In this document: piece after piece, positions 45,747 through 56,693 of the stretch | Layout of the letters: each line of letters starts with the position of its first letter | How positions within the stretch are numbered: the first letter of the stretch is position 1 | Source of the DNA: Blastocladiella emersonii ATCC 22665 | Taxonomy: Eukaryota; Fungi; Blastocladiomycota | Direction of reading: 5' to 3' | Length of the DNA: 64,000 nt | NCBI GenBank assembly: GCA_025594325.1 | Contig: JANHCV010000009.1 | Span: 434,001-498,000 of the forward strand | The notes under the pieces: model-generated | The model's input: only the letters and a program-made list of their open reading frames with translations | Database searches by the model: none | What the model was told of the DNA's origin: nothing | Made by a program: the position numbers and the translations under genes

Positions 45747-48700
45747 GGACCAATCAGCGCACAACCAAGTAGGCAGAAATTAGCAAAACAAGGACATGCG
45801 ACGTCCTCCATGATGTGCGACTAGGCCAGAGGCACTGCCAAGCTGCAAAATGAGAAGGCGCTGCAGGACCAAACCAAGGGCGCGCTCCTCTGCCATCATG
45901 CCCACTCTGCTGCCATTCATCATGGCTGCCAGCAGAGATGGTTTGCGAGGTGTTGGTTAGATGCGTGGGTGCTGACCTTGACTTGCGGAACAAACGTGTT
46001 GGCACCACAGCCAGGGAACAAACGTGTCAGCACCACCAACAAGGCAGTGTCAACGACGTGGGGAGGTTTAGAAAATTTCGCCAACACTCCTACCGCGCGT
46101 GGGCAGCAGATGGTGGACTGCAACGCCGTTGTGGAACTGGCACTAGTGCAGGCGCATGATGGCGTCCTTGAAGCCGCGCGCAGACAGCATCAAACTGTGC
46201 ACCAGCCGTACTGCTTGGGCGGGAAGGTTTGCAACTGCACAACAGCGGACCACGAGGACAGGAGGGCTGGAGGGGTGGCCGCGGTGATCCATCCGCCATT
46301 CTGCACAACCCGCTTGGAGTTGTGAGCGTCGCGAAGTGAAGAAAACGTACATCAATCCCCAGAGAGTTGTCCACAGCCCCGCTTTGCGTTAGCATGACCA
46401 TCAGCGCGTTCGCCATCTGCATCAGGAGCAGACGGCGAACGCCCAGGATCATTGTTGCCGCCCCAACTGCTCGCGCCTGGTTGAACAGAGCGAGCGGATG
46501 GATTGGCGTGGCGATCCTGCGTGGCACAGCAGTGACGATCAGCAGCACCTGCGTTTGCAGACGAGGACGGAGTGCGGCGACGTGGTGTGATGATGCGAAC
46601 GAGGTGGGGTTTATAACGATTCATAAATCATTTGTCGTGGTCAGGGAGAAGGAGCAAGCTTTGCGCAAGCGGCAGGAAAGTTCCTCCCAGCGCTGCGAGG
46701 AGCGGCTGGTCTGCTCAATAGTTATTGGAGAGGTTGCGCAGCGAGCGAAAAAATCCGACGACTGGAAAATTTTCTCTGGACCGGCCGCAGCGTGAAAGCG
46801 CGCGACCCCAGCGCGTGACTGTCGCGTCGGAAACCATCGGGACGCCGCGCTCGCGGCCTGCGCGCCAGCTCACGCTCCTGCGCTTGTGCTTCGCTTGAAC
46901 ACATACGCCGTCCCCACAAGCACACGCAACTGCATGAAATCACCATGGACCGTCAGGCTGTCGCTCTTGCAGTGGTTTACGTCACGTTTGCGGCGGTTTT
47001 AGTCGCGTTGTACCAACAGCAGCGCTGCAGCCTGCACGCGGGCCGCGAGATCATCACGGGCCTGCTCGGTAGCAGCGCGCGAGGCCCGAGCGGCAGCAGT
47101 CGCAGCCTTCGCCGCACCGGTGAGACGCTTTTCATGCGCGCACAGCTCGTTGTAGAGTCTCTGGGCCATATCGGCCCATGGCAACAAAGCGAAGCGAGCG
47201 GGCAGGGAAGCCGAGCAAAGGACGCAGCGCGCGGCGTCCGCCACGTTTTCAAGGCAGTGAGGGGGCGGATCAAGTTTGCGGGGCTGGGGGAGTTCGTCAC
47301 AAAGGAGGCGGGCGCGGGCGGCGACGCTGTTGCCAGCAACAAGCTGAGTGGCTTGGAGGAGGGTCAGAGAGGGGTCGGCGCGGATGCGGGCTTTGAGAAG
47401 GATGAAGGCTGCAACGATGTACGGCATGGGCCAGGTCATGGTGAGGGATGGGTGGGATGCGGGATGGATGGGAGAGGGGGGGATCGGGCGAGGAGAAGGA
47501 AGATGGTCAAGCGCAGGTCATGGCGAGCGCCTGGCGGGGTCGCGCCAAGTTATATGAGCGAGGCGGGGCATCTGGACGCAAGTGCGCGGGCGGAGGGTGC
47601 CCAAGCCAGCAGCGGAGCCATGGTGATGAGTGGGCCTGCGAGCGCTGAAGGCCGCCGCGTCAGCACCGAGGAGCCAGTCCATGGCTGGGAGTGACGGGCT
47701 CCAAATTGGCGATGCGGGCGAGCTGCGTGAGAAGCAATGCATTGGTTCATAGGGCAATGGTTGGTGCAACCTCGGGAGCGAGAGCCGGCGAGGTCGGGCA
47801 GGACAACAACAACAGGGTGACAGGGTGGCGGCAGCCCTTTGGTGGCGGCTGCGAGACAGCGCGAATCAGGCACGTGCCCCAAAACCGCGGGAACCGCCAG
47901 GTGTCCGCCGCGCTCACCGCTTTCACGCTGCGCTCCACGCCGCGCCTGGTCCGGAAAAAATTCTGACCAATCAATTTTTTTCTCTCACTGCGCAACCTCT
48001 CCATTGGCTGGCGCAGATGCAAGTTGCTGCAGCTGAACGCCACAGCGAGTTGCCCAGCTCCCCGAGGGTTGACACGTAACGCCCGGGTGAGCGCCGAGTC
48101 AAACCGCCAAGCTGAAACCTGTGCGCTGCGACTGGCTGCGCGACTTGTTGGTCACTCGTCTCCGTTTCCATCGCGTAACCACTACAGATCTTGTCACAAG
48201 GTCTTGAGATTAAAGTTCTATTCATTAAAGTATGCTCTGCGCATCTTGTGGTCTTTACTAAATTGCTGCAGCTTGATTGTGGGCCGAGATCGGTGATGGT
48301 CGCGCGACCACAGCTGAGTCTGGGCGCGTTCAAGTCCACCTGCAGGTCGCAACGGGAGGTTTCTTGCGAATCCAAACACGCCATCGTGTTCGGAGCTCGT
48401 TTTTACATTGTAAAGCGTCTTCAATGGCCCCGCCCACTGGCAGGTCGAGTTCGCGCATCGATCGGTGCAGTAGACTTGCAACAGCTCAGTGCGAACCTGC
48501 AGGACGGGTTGACGCGGGCACCTTTTTCCACCCCCGCCGCTCCAAATTGTAACTGTGGGGTATTTGATGTCTAGGAGCTCGATTTTTGAGGTCCCGAGAC
48601 CAGCTTGTGTGATATTATTTCGAGAAATCTAAGGTCAAACCGTGACAGATTGGTGCACCCGCTGGCAATGGCCCTAGAGACACGCTGCTGTTTATCGGCC

Positions 48701-49903
48701 AATAGGAGAGATGTTTGATGTAAGTTCGAACAAGTCTTCTGTTTGGCGGAAGTCGATCTGATGGGATTTGAGTCGGTACGCGACGAATCGGTGCTTACGC
48801 ACGCGCAACCCTCTGCCGCGCACCCCAGGCATGCCGGGCATCCACAAATTGAGGTGAAGGTGAGCGAGATACGTATCTATAAAGCCTCTGTTTGGCCTGG
48901 CCAGATTAAGTGAGTTTTGAGTGTGCACGCGAGCCTCAAAGACTGCAGCTCCGCTCCGCCCGCTTGAACGCGCTCCACTCGATTTACTTCCCTCATTAAC
49001 GATGTGGAGAAGTCGCGTCAAGTTATATGTTGCGTTCGTAGCGTGGATTTGTGTGCGGGTCGCTCGCTCGACGTGTGGCGGTTAAGGCGGGCCGCGATGC
49101 GCCACTCAGCCAAGCGCCACGCGGCGCAGCGCCACACGGCGTGAGTCGTCGCGATCGCTTTCTCTCCACCACCCCCGCCGCAGCTCATACACCACTGCCG
49201 CGGTCGATACGACTCTGTGCACTGTATGCAACGAGTTCTTGAGGTACCAACCCGCCTCTCAGTTCAGCGGTAAGCCTCAGGGTCAGCGATAGGACGACTT
49301 GCATGCCTTGAGCTTCTACGGCGGCGGCACACTTTTGCCCTGAGCGATCAGACGTCAGACCGTAGTAGTAGTTGAGCTATGTAAGCTTGAATATTCACCC
49401 AGCGGACTACATCGCGGCGGCGAACGCTAAGGCAGCGTTGAGTGAGGGTGGCAACGCCGCAGCTGATGTCACATGACTGTCCCGCACTGCTCGCCCACCT
49501 GTCCGCCCACTCGCTCGCTTGCTTGTTCGCCGTGCCGCGCTGCTGCCGCCGCTTGTGTGCTTCCTTGACCCCTACTTGCAGCACAGGGCTGCAACACAAC
49601 ACCATGAACACTGGAAGGAACCACCAACGCTTTGCCCCAATCCTGGTCCAGACAAGCCTGGGCCTGCAAGCGATCATGAAGATCCTCTACCAGGTCAGCA
49701 GGACGCGCGATGTCGTCCCTATTAAGAGCAGCGCCTCCTTCCTTGTTGCAGCAGCATCAGGGATGGAATGTTGTTGAGTCAAGCCCCAGATTGGGACAGG
49801 TGAGCAAGTTGAAGGGTTGGGAGTGTTTGTGGGATCTGCCACAGTTCCCTGTCTTGAGTGTGTATCATGTTGAGGACCTTGAGATGGGCAGAGATCTGCT
49901 CAT

Positions 49904-50336
49904 GAGCTGATGTGCACCCATCAGCTCGTGAGCCAAGGTGCACCCATCAGCTCATGAGCCAGTGTGCACCCATCAGCTCAAGCTGATGCACCTCGCGAGC
50001 TGATGTGCACCCATCAGCTCGAGTTGATGTGCACCCATCAGTTCAAGCTGATGCACCTTGCGAGCTGATGTGCACCCATCAGCTCGAGTTGATGTGCACC
50101 CATCAGCTCAAGCTGATGCACCTCGCAAGCTGATGTGCACCCATCACCTTGTGAGCTGATGTGCACCCATCAGCTCAAGCTGATGCACCTCGCAAGCTGA
50201 TGTGCACCCATCACCTTGTGAGCTGATGTGCACCCATCCCCTTGTGAGATGGTGTGCACCCATCAGCTTGCAAGCCAATGTGCACCCATCACCTTGCAAG
50301 CTGATGTGCACGCATCACCTCACAAGCTGATGTGCC
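49904..50336 (+). repeat. Array of ~14 24-bp quasi-palindromes GAGCTGATGTGCACCCATCAGCTC interspersed with four 17-bp AAGCTGATGCACCTYGC units
   Basis: Read directly. Each 24-mer has a 9-bp self-complementary stem. Higher-order 24+24+17 periodicity. Confidence 0.93.
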
Positions 50337-50474
50337 ATAGATCTAGTTGTCAATAAACAGTTTGAGCTTATTGAGCCCCGCTTTACCTTATTCCTTTGTC
50401 CCATCGTTATTAATCCCAAGATCTTTCCTAGCCTGCAATAACAATGGTTGATCTCCTCAAACACAGGTTCCCGC

Positions 50475-50704
50475 ACTGATACCCAGTACCTTGGCTTCTC
50501 AGGAAGCCAGTACCTTGTACCTACCCTCCCGCCAAAACCTCAATACCTTGTACCTTCCTGTGTAAAATGCTGGACAATACCTACCCCAAAATCGCAGTAC
50601 CTGATACCTTTGGGGAGGGTCCCTGAAAAAAATTTTCTGTACCTTGTACCTCCAAAACTGAGCTGAAAAGGTATATACCTACCAGATACCTACGGGTAGG
50701 TACT
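50475..50704 (+). repeat. Right subterminal TACCT repeats of the hAT-like element
   Basis: agtaccttgtacct, aataccttgtacct, agtacctgatacct and similar motifs. Confidence 0.85.
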
Positions 50705-50721
50705 GAGTCCGTGCAACCCTA

Positions 50722-52330
50722 GTTCCGCCTCAAGACCCACATTGAGTACCAGTCCAGCACCGCCTACGCGTCGCTGCACACAATCGGCACCATTGAGATG
50801 GTCCACATGGAGCAGACCCTGACCGTCGGCCACGTCATGTTCAGGTGCGACCACCCGCTCGCCGTCCAGACGTCGCCCATCGTCGCCATGCTCCAGCGCC
50901 TCGGCGGCATCACCATCAAGCAGCCGTGCCTGTTCAAGGGCGCAGGCAACGGTGCCGGGTACACGGTGCACACGTCAACCTTCACGGCGCCCGCCTCCAA
51001 CACGGCGTACGCGTCGGTCTTGGGCGACTACAACCCAATCCACGCCAACCCGCTGCTCGCTGACCTCGCCAGCCTGCCCGACACCATCACCCACGGCATG
51101 TGGACGTTGGCCATGACCCGCCGCGTTGTCGAGCTGCACGCCGCCGAGAACCAGCCGTTGCGCGTGCTCTTGTTCGCCGTCGACTTTGTCAACATGTGCG
51201 TCCCCAACACGGAGCTCACGACCACGCTGCGCCACGTCGGCATGCAGAACGGCCGCAAGATCATTGCCGTGACGACGGCGGCCGCCGCCAACAGCCGCGT
51301 CTTTGTCAAGGGCGCCGCACAGGTCGCGCAGGCCACGTCATGCTTTGTGTTCATGGGATAGGGCTTGCAGGAGGTCGGCATGGGCATGGACCTGTACGCG
51401 TTGTCGCCCGTCGCGCGCGAGATCTGGGACCGCGCCGACGCCCACTTTAAGCGCAAGTTCGGGTTCTTGATCATCAAGATCGTCCGCACCAACCCCAAGG
51501 CTAAGACAGTCGGTCCACTTTGGCGGCAAGCGCGGCCGCGCCATCCGCTCCAACTACACACCGAGGACACCGATCATCCAACTGCAGCATGTGCGCCGTC
51601 AACCCGGCGCGCGTCAACAAGTTCTTCAAGGAGAAGGACCTCGAGGACCTTGTTGCGCACGTGCGCACCGTCACTGGCAGCCTGCTTGAGATCGTCAACT
51701 ACAACGTCGACGGGTGGCAGTACGTGGTCGCCGGCGACCTGCAGGGCCTCAACGCCCTGACGCTCGTCCTCAACGCGGTCGCGCGCGGCGTCTTCGACCA
51801 GGCCAAGCTCGAGGAGCTCGTGCGCACCGCCGACCTCAAGAGCATGCCGCTGACGCGCGGCCACGCCACGATCCTGCTCGCTGGCATCGATGTGCCGTTC
51901 GACTCGTCGTTCCTGCTCCCCGGCGTCGCGCCGTTCCGCAAGTACCTCAAGCGCAAGATCAAGCCCGCGTACATCCACGCGCAGCGCCTCGAGGCCCGCT
52001 ACATCCTGAACCTCACGGCCAAGCCGTTCCGCGTCACGCGCGTGCAGATTGTTGTGGTTGCTGACTAGATCTAGTCGCCCGTACTGCAGGCACTACTGCC
52101 CAAGCTCGCGCTCGCCTCGTCCAAGGACAACGAGGTCGTTGCCCACGTGCTGCTCACCGAGCTGCTCGCGTACCAGTTCGCGTCGGCCCTCAGCTGGATC
52201 AAAACCCAGAACGTGTCCTTTACTGTGTCCTTTACTGAGTACGAGTTCGAGCGCATCACCGAGATCGAGATTGGCTGCTCATCAAACCTCGCCGGAATAG
52301 CCGAGCGCTCCCTCAAGTTCTCACGACCTG
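50722..52330 (+). pseudogene. FAS1: Fatty acid synthase fragment, part 2 (MaoC-like DH, deleted MPT, and the alpha-type MPT segment in the same frame)
   Basis: YASVLGDYNPIH..TITHGMW..LRHVGMQNGRK; FVFMG*GLQEVGMGMDLY; HFGGKRGRAIRSNY; GIDVPFDSSFL; RYILNLTAKPF; AHVLLTELLAYQFAS..WIKTQ. Several stops and frameshifts. Confidence 0.92.
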
Positions 52331-52504
52331 CAACGACGCTCTCACTTTCCCCTGTACCACCATCTCGTACGTGATCAACCGCCGCTGAGGCTTTCATGAC
52401 GGAAAAGTCACACCGGCCTTCTTTTTGGCCGCTTCATCGCCAAGCTCTTCGACCCGTGCGGCTGCAACCGTGAGCCAGAAATGCTTCTAGCTCGCGCAGG
52501 CGCC

Positions 52505-52684
52505 GGCTTGCGCGATCGAACCGAGCCGAAGGTTGGGTTGCATCAAGTTACTTCATGAGTTTGCGTTCTTTGACTCGGTTACGGGTTCCAAGCTTGCTGG
52601 TCGAGCGAGACGGGTGATCGAAAGCTTCTGTAGGAGAGGGGCTGAAACCGCTGGCGCCACTCACGCCGGTCACGCGGAATGACC
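52505..52684 (-). pseudogene. Orphan promoter/5' relic of the F-box-like family
   Basis: Reverse strand reads gcaaactcatgaagtaacttgATGCAACCCAACCTTCGGCTCGG (NLMQPNLRLG) and then stops. A 24-nt stretch gcgccactcacgccggtcacgcgg at 52654-52677 is identical to 26981-27004. Confidence 0.75.
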
Positions 52685-53179
52685 AGTACGTCTTGGCCCT
52701 ACGCAGCAGACGAAGCAGCACTCAATTTTTTTGAAGCTCAGTACTGATTGCGCTCACTGCCTGCGCACACAAGAAGCCGTCGACGGTGACTTGCGTGCGA
52801 TGCCGCCGTCAACCGATTCCGCTTGAGTGCGGCGTGGGGTCGGCACTGATGCTTCACCTCGAGTACGCATAATTAGTGCAACAGTGGGTTATTCGTGAAA
52901 TCAAAAGATTCTTTCAGTCAGTCTGCCCTCCTTGGGGTGCCGAGTCTTGGCGCAGGTCTTGGCGTGCACCGAAACCGGGTGCAGTCGGCTGGTGAGCCGG
53001 AAATTAGGCGGGAGACGTCACCGGACTGGGGAACCGACGCGTCAGGAGCGTCCGCGTGCAAGCCGGCCGGTCCGTGGGTTGCCCTTCAAATTTCGTCGCG
53101 CCCGCTCACTCTCGCTCCCGCACTGCAACTTTGCAACACGTCGGATTTTGGCGGCCACAGTACTGGCAACGCATTCACC

Positions 53180-53936
53180 ATGACCTTCCTCGCGGCCATC
53201 GCATCCAGCATGGACGGCTGGGGCCTGCACTCGGCCGCGTCGCTCGCGCTCACGATTGGCGTCCCGGTGCTCTCTGGTACGCGCCGTTTCCTTGGGCTTT
53301 CGTTTCGAGCTAGCATGCTGACAACCGCACCACGGTGTAGGCCTTGCCACCAGCATGACGATTGGTAACTCGCTTGAGACCTGGTACCGGGAGATTAAGG
53401 TTTGTGACATGCGTTCCTCGACCCTCGACCCCCACTGACCATCACCTTTGCCCCCTCCCACAGAAGGCCCCGTGGAACCTCTCGGGCGACATCTTCGGCC
53501 CCATCTGGGCGCTACTCTACACATCGATGGGCTACGCGTCGCATCGCATCTTCCACCTCGCCCCGCCGCACCTCCGCGCTGCGCCGCTTGCCCTGTACGG
53601 CGTCCAGCTCGCCATCAACCTCACGGTACGGTTTTTCACGGTTCCTCCGCAATGAACCTCTCACTCACCTGCTGCCTCGCCCCAAAAATGCAGTGGTCGC
53701 CCGCCTTCTTCGCCGCCAAGCGGTTCGGACTCGGCACGGCCGTCATCTCGGCGCTTTGGGGCGGCATCGTCGCCACGACCTACTCGTTCTTCCAGTTCGA
53801 CGCCACGGCCGGCTACCTCATGCTCCCGTACCTCGCGTGGGTTTCGTACGAGTCGACGCTCACGTGGTACATCTGGCGCAACAACCCGGGCTTCCGCCAC
53901 AAGTACGCCGCGGGCAAGCGCGTCAAGAAGGAGTAG
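53180..53936 (+). CDS. TSPO: TspO/MBR (translocator protein) family, 3 introns
   Basis: Spliced ..TWYREIK|KAPWNLSGDIFGPIWALLYTSMGYASHRI..LYGVQLAINLT|WSPAFF..AGYLMLPYLAWVSYESTLTWYIWRNN. Confidence 0.9.
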
Positions 53937-54113
53937 AGAACGGGCGTGAATTGTGGGATGATTGATGCGGTTCGGACATCGGCGTATACATGCCTTTCTC
54001 GTAGCTTGCTCGCGCGCATGCGTGTCCCTGATCGATTGAGTTTCTGAAACTAGTTATCGCGCAAATCACGGACAGTATATTCACATCATAAACACGTAGC
54101 GAAGCACAGGACA

Positions 54114-56468
54114 CTATGGCTCCTTCACTGAAGCGGCGGACATGCAAGCTGAGTGCACAGCAGCGCAGAGCGCGTCATTGTACTCGGCGGATGCCACCGT
54201 CTGCGGCGCCGTGCGCTTGACTTGCTCAAACGTGAGCTGCTTGCGCGTCGACTCGCGAGTCGAGTCAAACACGGCCCGTGCAAGGAGACGCGGGTCAACG
54301 ATCCCGTCCAGCGCACCGTCTGGGATCTCGCGGAGCAGCGAGTCCAAGAAGGGTGTCTTGCCGCCAAGGTCGAGCCACTCCACAAAGCCCTTGAGATCAG
54401 CGCGAATGAGAATGCGGAACGTCTCGCGGTACGAGGCCGGAACTGGCCGACACAGCGCGAGGCACAAATGCTGGACCGTCGAGTCAAGGGGCAGGGGGCA
54501 AGTCTGGGCGAAGGCAGCGAGTGGGGTCACATAGTTCGGAAGATCGAGGTTGTTCTTCCACACAAGAAGGTTGCGAAACGGGCGTGTCGCGGTCTGAGAA
54601 AGTTGGCGAACAATACCGCGCGGCTCATGATTTATGAGCTTAGCCATGGCATCGAAATACACGCGTTGAGTCGAAAGGGTACACCTGCCGCAGATCTTGA
54701 TGAACGGCGTACGTGGAATGACGTGCTCGCCTGAGACTCAGAAGAACTGGGCGCAGATCATGACGTCAAGGAGCAAGGCCGCGGTGCCCTGTTCACGAAT
54801 GAGCTGCACAACGGCATCGTGTTGGGCATTATCGTGAAGAGCGGCGACAATGACCCACGCGAGTGGTGCGAAGGCCCACGGATTGTAGCGCAAGACGAAT
54901 GCGCTGGCGAGAAGAAACAGTGTGTAGAGCTCGGCACCAGCGTTGCTCGGGAAAATGATCGGTATAAGCGCATGTAAGTTGTTGGTATCACACGAAGCCT
55001 GGCCGACGGCAGTAGCGATAGAATCGACGCATTTGCGGAATGCACCGTCATCGAGGTGGGCGCGAGCGAACATGAGAAGCCGTTGGGGGCAACCTTCAGA
55101 CCGCATGTGTGTGATAAAATCTAGTGTAAAGCGTGGATTTGGTGAGCATACATTTTTCATCGTGTGTCTCGATCTGCGGCGCACCTGAAGTAACCCTATT
55201 CTGAAGCGAATCACCCGGGTTAGCATCAAGAGCCGACGCAGCGGGGCCCGTGGGCCCGTCTCCATCGTCCCGAAGGGCCCAAGCGGCGAGGCGAGACCAA
55301 GTATCGGCATTGAGCAGCTGGCATTCGGCAAGCGCAATAACAGCTTCGTTCGAGTACTTGACCTGATCCTTTGAAAGTCATTCTGCGATGTGGACCTTGC
55401 TCGCGTTGGTGATTCCGGCAAGCAGCCGGTTCGGGTCGAGCTTGGCAAGGTGAGGAAGCACCTCCGGACGACAAGCAAAGAACGCGATGAGATTCGTGTC
55501 TTCAAAAACCAGGCGTCGATCGTTCGGCCAGCATTCGCGAATCAACCAAGCGACCACAGCTGCAACTTGCTCCGCTGGCTTACCCACCCAATGCCGGTCA
55601 CGCAGCAAATAGCTAACGGGACAGATTGAAGTTGAAAAGGTCGAGATGAGTCGTTGCTCGTTGAAGCCGAGCCGCGCGCCGCGCAGTGCCTGCAGAATTG
55701 TGAAGTCCCAGGTCAACACTGCCAGCAAGGCGACGAATTCGACCAGACTGAGGTGCTCGAGTGGCGCTGGGTCCAATTCCGATTCGACTATCATATTTGT
55801 GTGGCAGAAAATGAGCGAGCCCGAATGAGAGAGATAACTCCAAGTTATGCCGGGCATCTTGATTTGGAAAAGGGCGGGTGCACGTTTGTAGGCGGACACG
55901 AGCAGCGGGATGAGCGCATGCGGGGCAAGATTACTCGCGCCAGCAGCCAAGACCTGCAGGACCAAGATAACAGGACAATCGGTGAGATCCAGCACATCAC
56001 CGTCTTCCCGCTCGTGCACGAGGTCGCGGATCAGTTGGGCAAAGGAATCGAGGTCCAGGAGATCATCTTGCATCACTGATCCCATAAAGTGGTCCAGGAG
56101 CACAGGGTAAAGCGAAGCCACGCGGCGAGCCTCCAAGAGAGCGTGATCGGCGGAGGCGCGGTCAAAATTGGAGGATCGAGGACGGTTCCGCTCAAGCAAA
56201 CAGGTCGCATCCGTCGTGACATGCTCGCCGTTTAAGCGGACCGACTCTTCGGCGGCATGGCCATGGTCATCGAGAAGATACTTGATCCACGCGTGCCGCA
56301 CGGGAAGAGTCCGAGCGACGTCGCAGAGCTGGCGAGATGCCGCCGCCGTGATCCCCCGGGGAGCGGACAGCTGCAGCCGACCGTCGCGATTTCGACGGGC
56401 AGGTGGTCGAGGCCAAGCCGTTGATTAGATTGCAAAAAGTTGCCGTTATTCATTTCATTTGTTTGCAT
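54114..56468 (-). pseudogene. F-box-like family member, pseudogene
   Basis: Start MQTNEMNNGNFLQSNQRLGLDHLPVEIAT. Frameshift at about 56377. In-frame TGA at 55378-55380 (VHIAE*LSKDQVKYSNE) and at 54738-54740 (ICAQFF*VSGEH). Conserved intron at about 55126-55190. Confidence 0.85.
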
Positions 56469-56543
56469 CGTTTCGACTGCCGTGGGAGCGGGAGAGTTTG
56501 CGCGGGGGGGGGGGGGAAAGCGAATATTTCCGCCACCCCATGC

Positions 56544-56561
56544 GGTCACGTGCGGGTGACC
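56544..56561. promoter_or_regulatory. Palindrome GGTCAC-N6-GTGACC upstream of family gene
   Basis: Read directly. It lies 76 nt upstream of ATG 56468. Confidence 0.55.
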
Positions 56562-56693
56562 TCCGCGTCGCCCACGATCGTTCCCGTTAGGCTTTCCCGA
56601 GCGCCAATCGCAAGGCGCCAGTGAATGGAATTACATCAAACATGCTATATGGATCATTATCACGTCAACGGGGACAACAAATGTTTCCTTTGA

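Larger units (their letters stand above)
45398..50721. mobile_element. 5,324-bp non-autonomous hAT-like DNA transposon
   Basis: Perfect 10-bp TIR TAGGGTTGCA (45398) / TGCAACCCTA (ends 50721). 8-bp TSD GTTCCGCC at 45390-45397 and 50722-50729. Removing the element restores the FAS frame (..TLMFRLKTHIEY..). TACCT-type subterminal repeats at both ends. No transposase ORF recognised. Confidence 0.92.

Noticed and set aside
48692-49021. ORF inside the hAT-like element as a transposase piece
   Set aside because: No BED finger, DDE or hAT dimerisation motifs are recognisable.
49904-50336. 24-bp palindromic repeats as CRISPR or bacterial REP elements
   Set aside because: The intervening sequences are 0-2 nt or a repeated 17-mer rather than unique spacers. 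The array lies inside a TIR/TSD-bounded element.
54738-55380. In-frame TGAs as selenocysteine or recoding
   Set aside because: The aligned positions in paralogs are not Cys, and the same copy has a frameshift.
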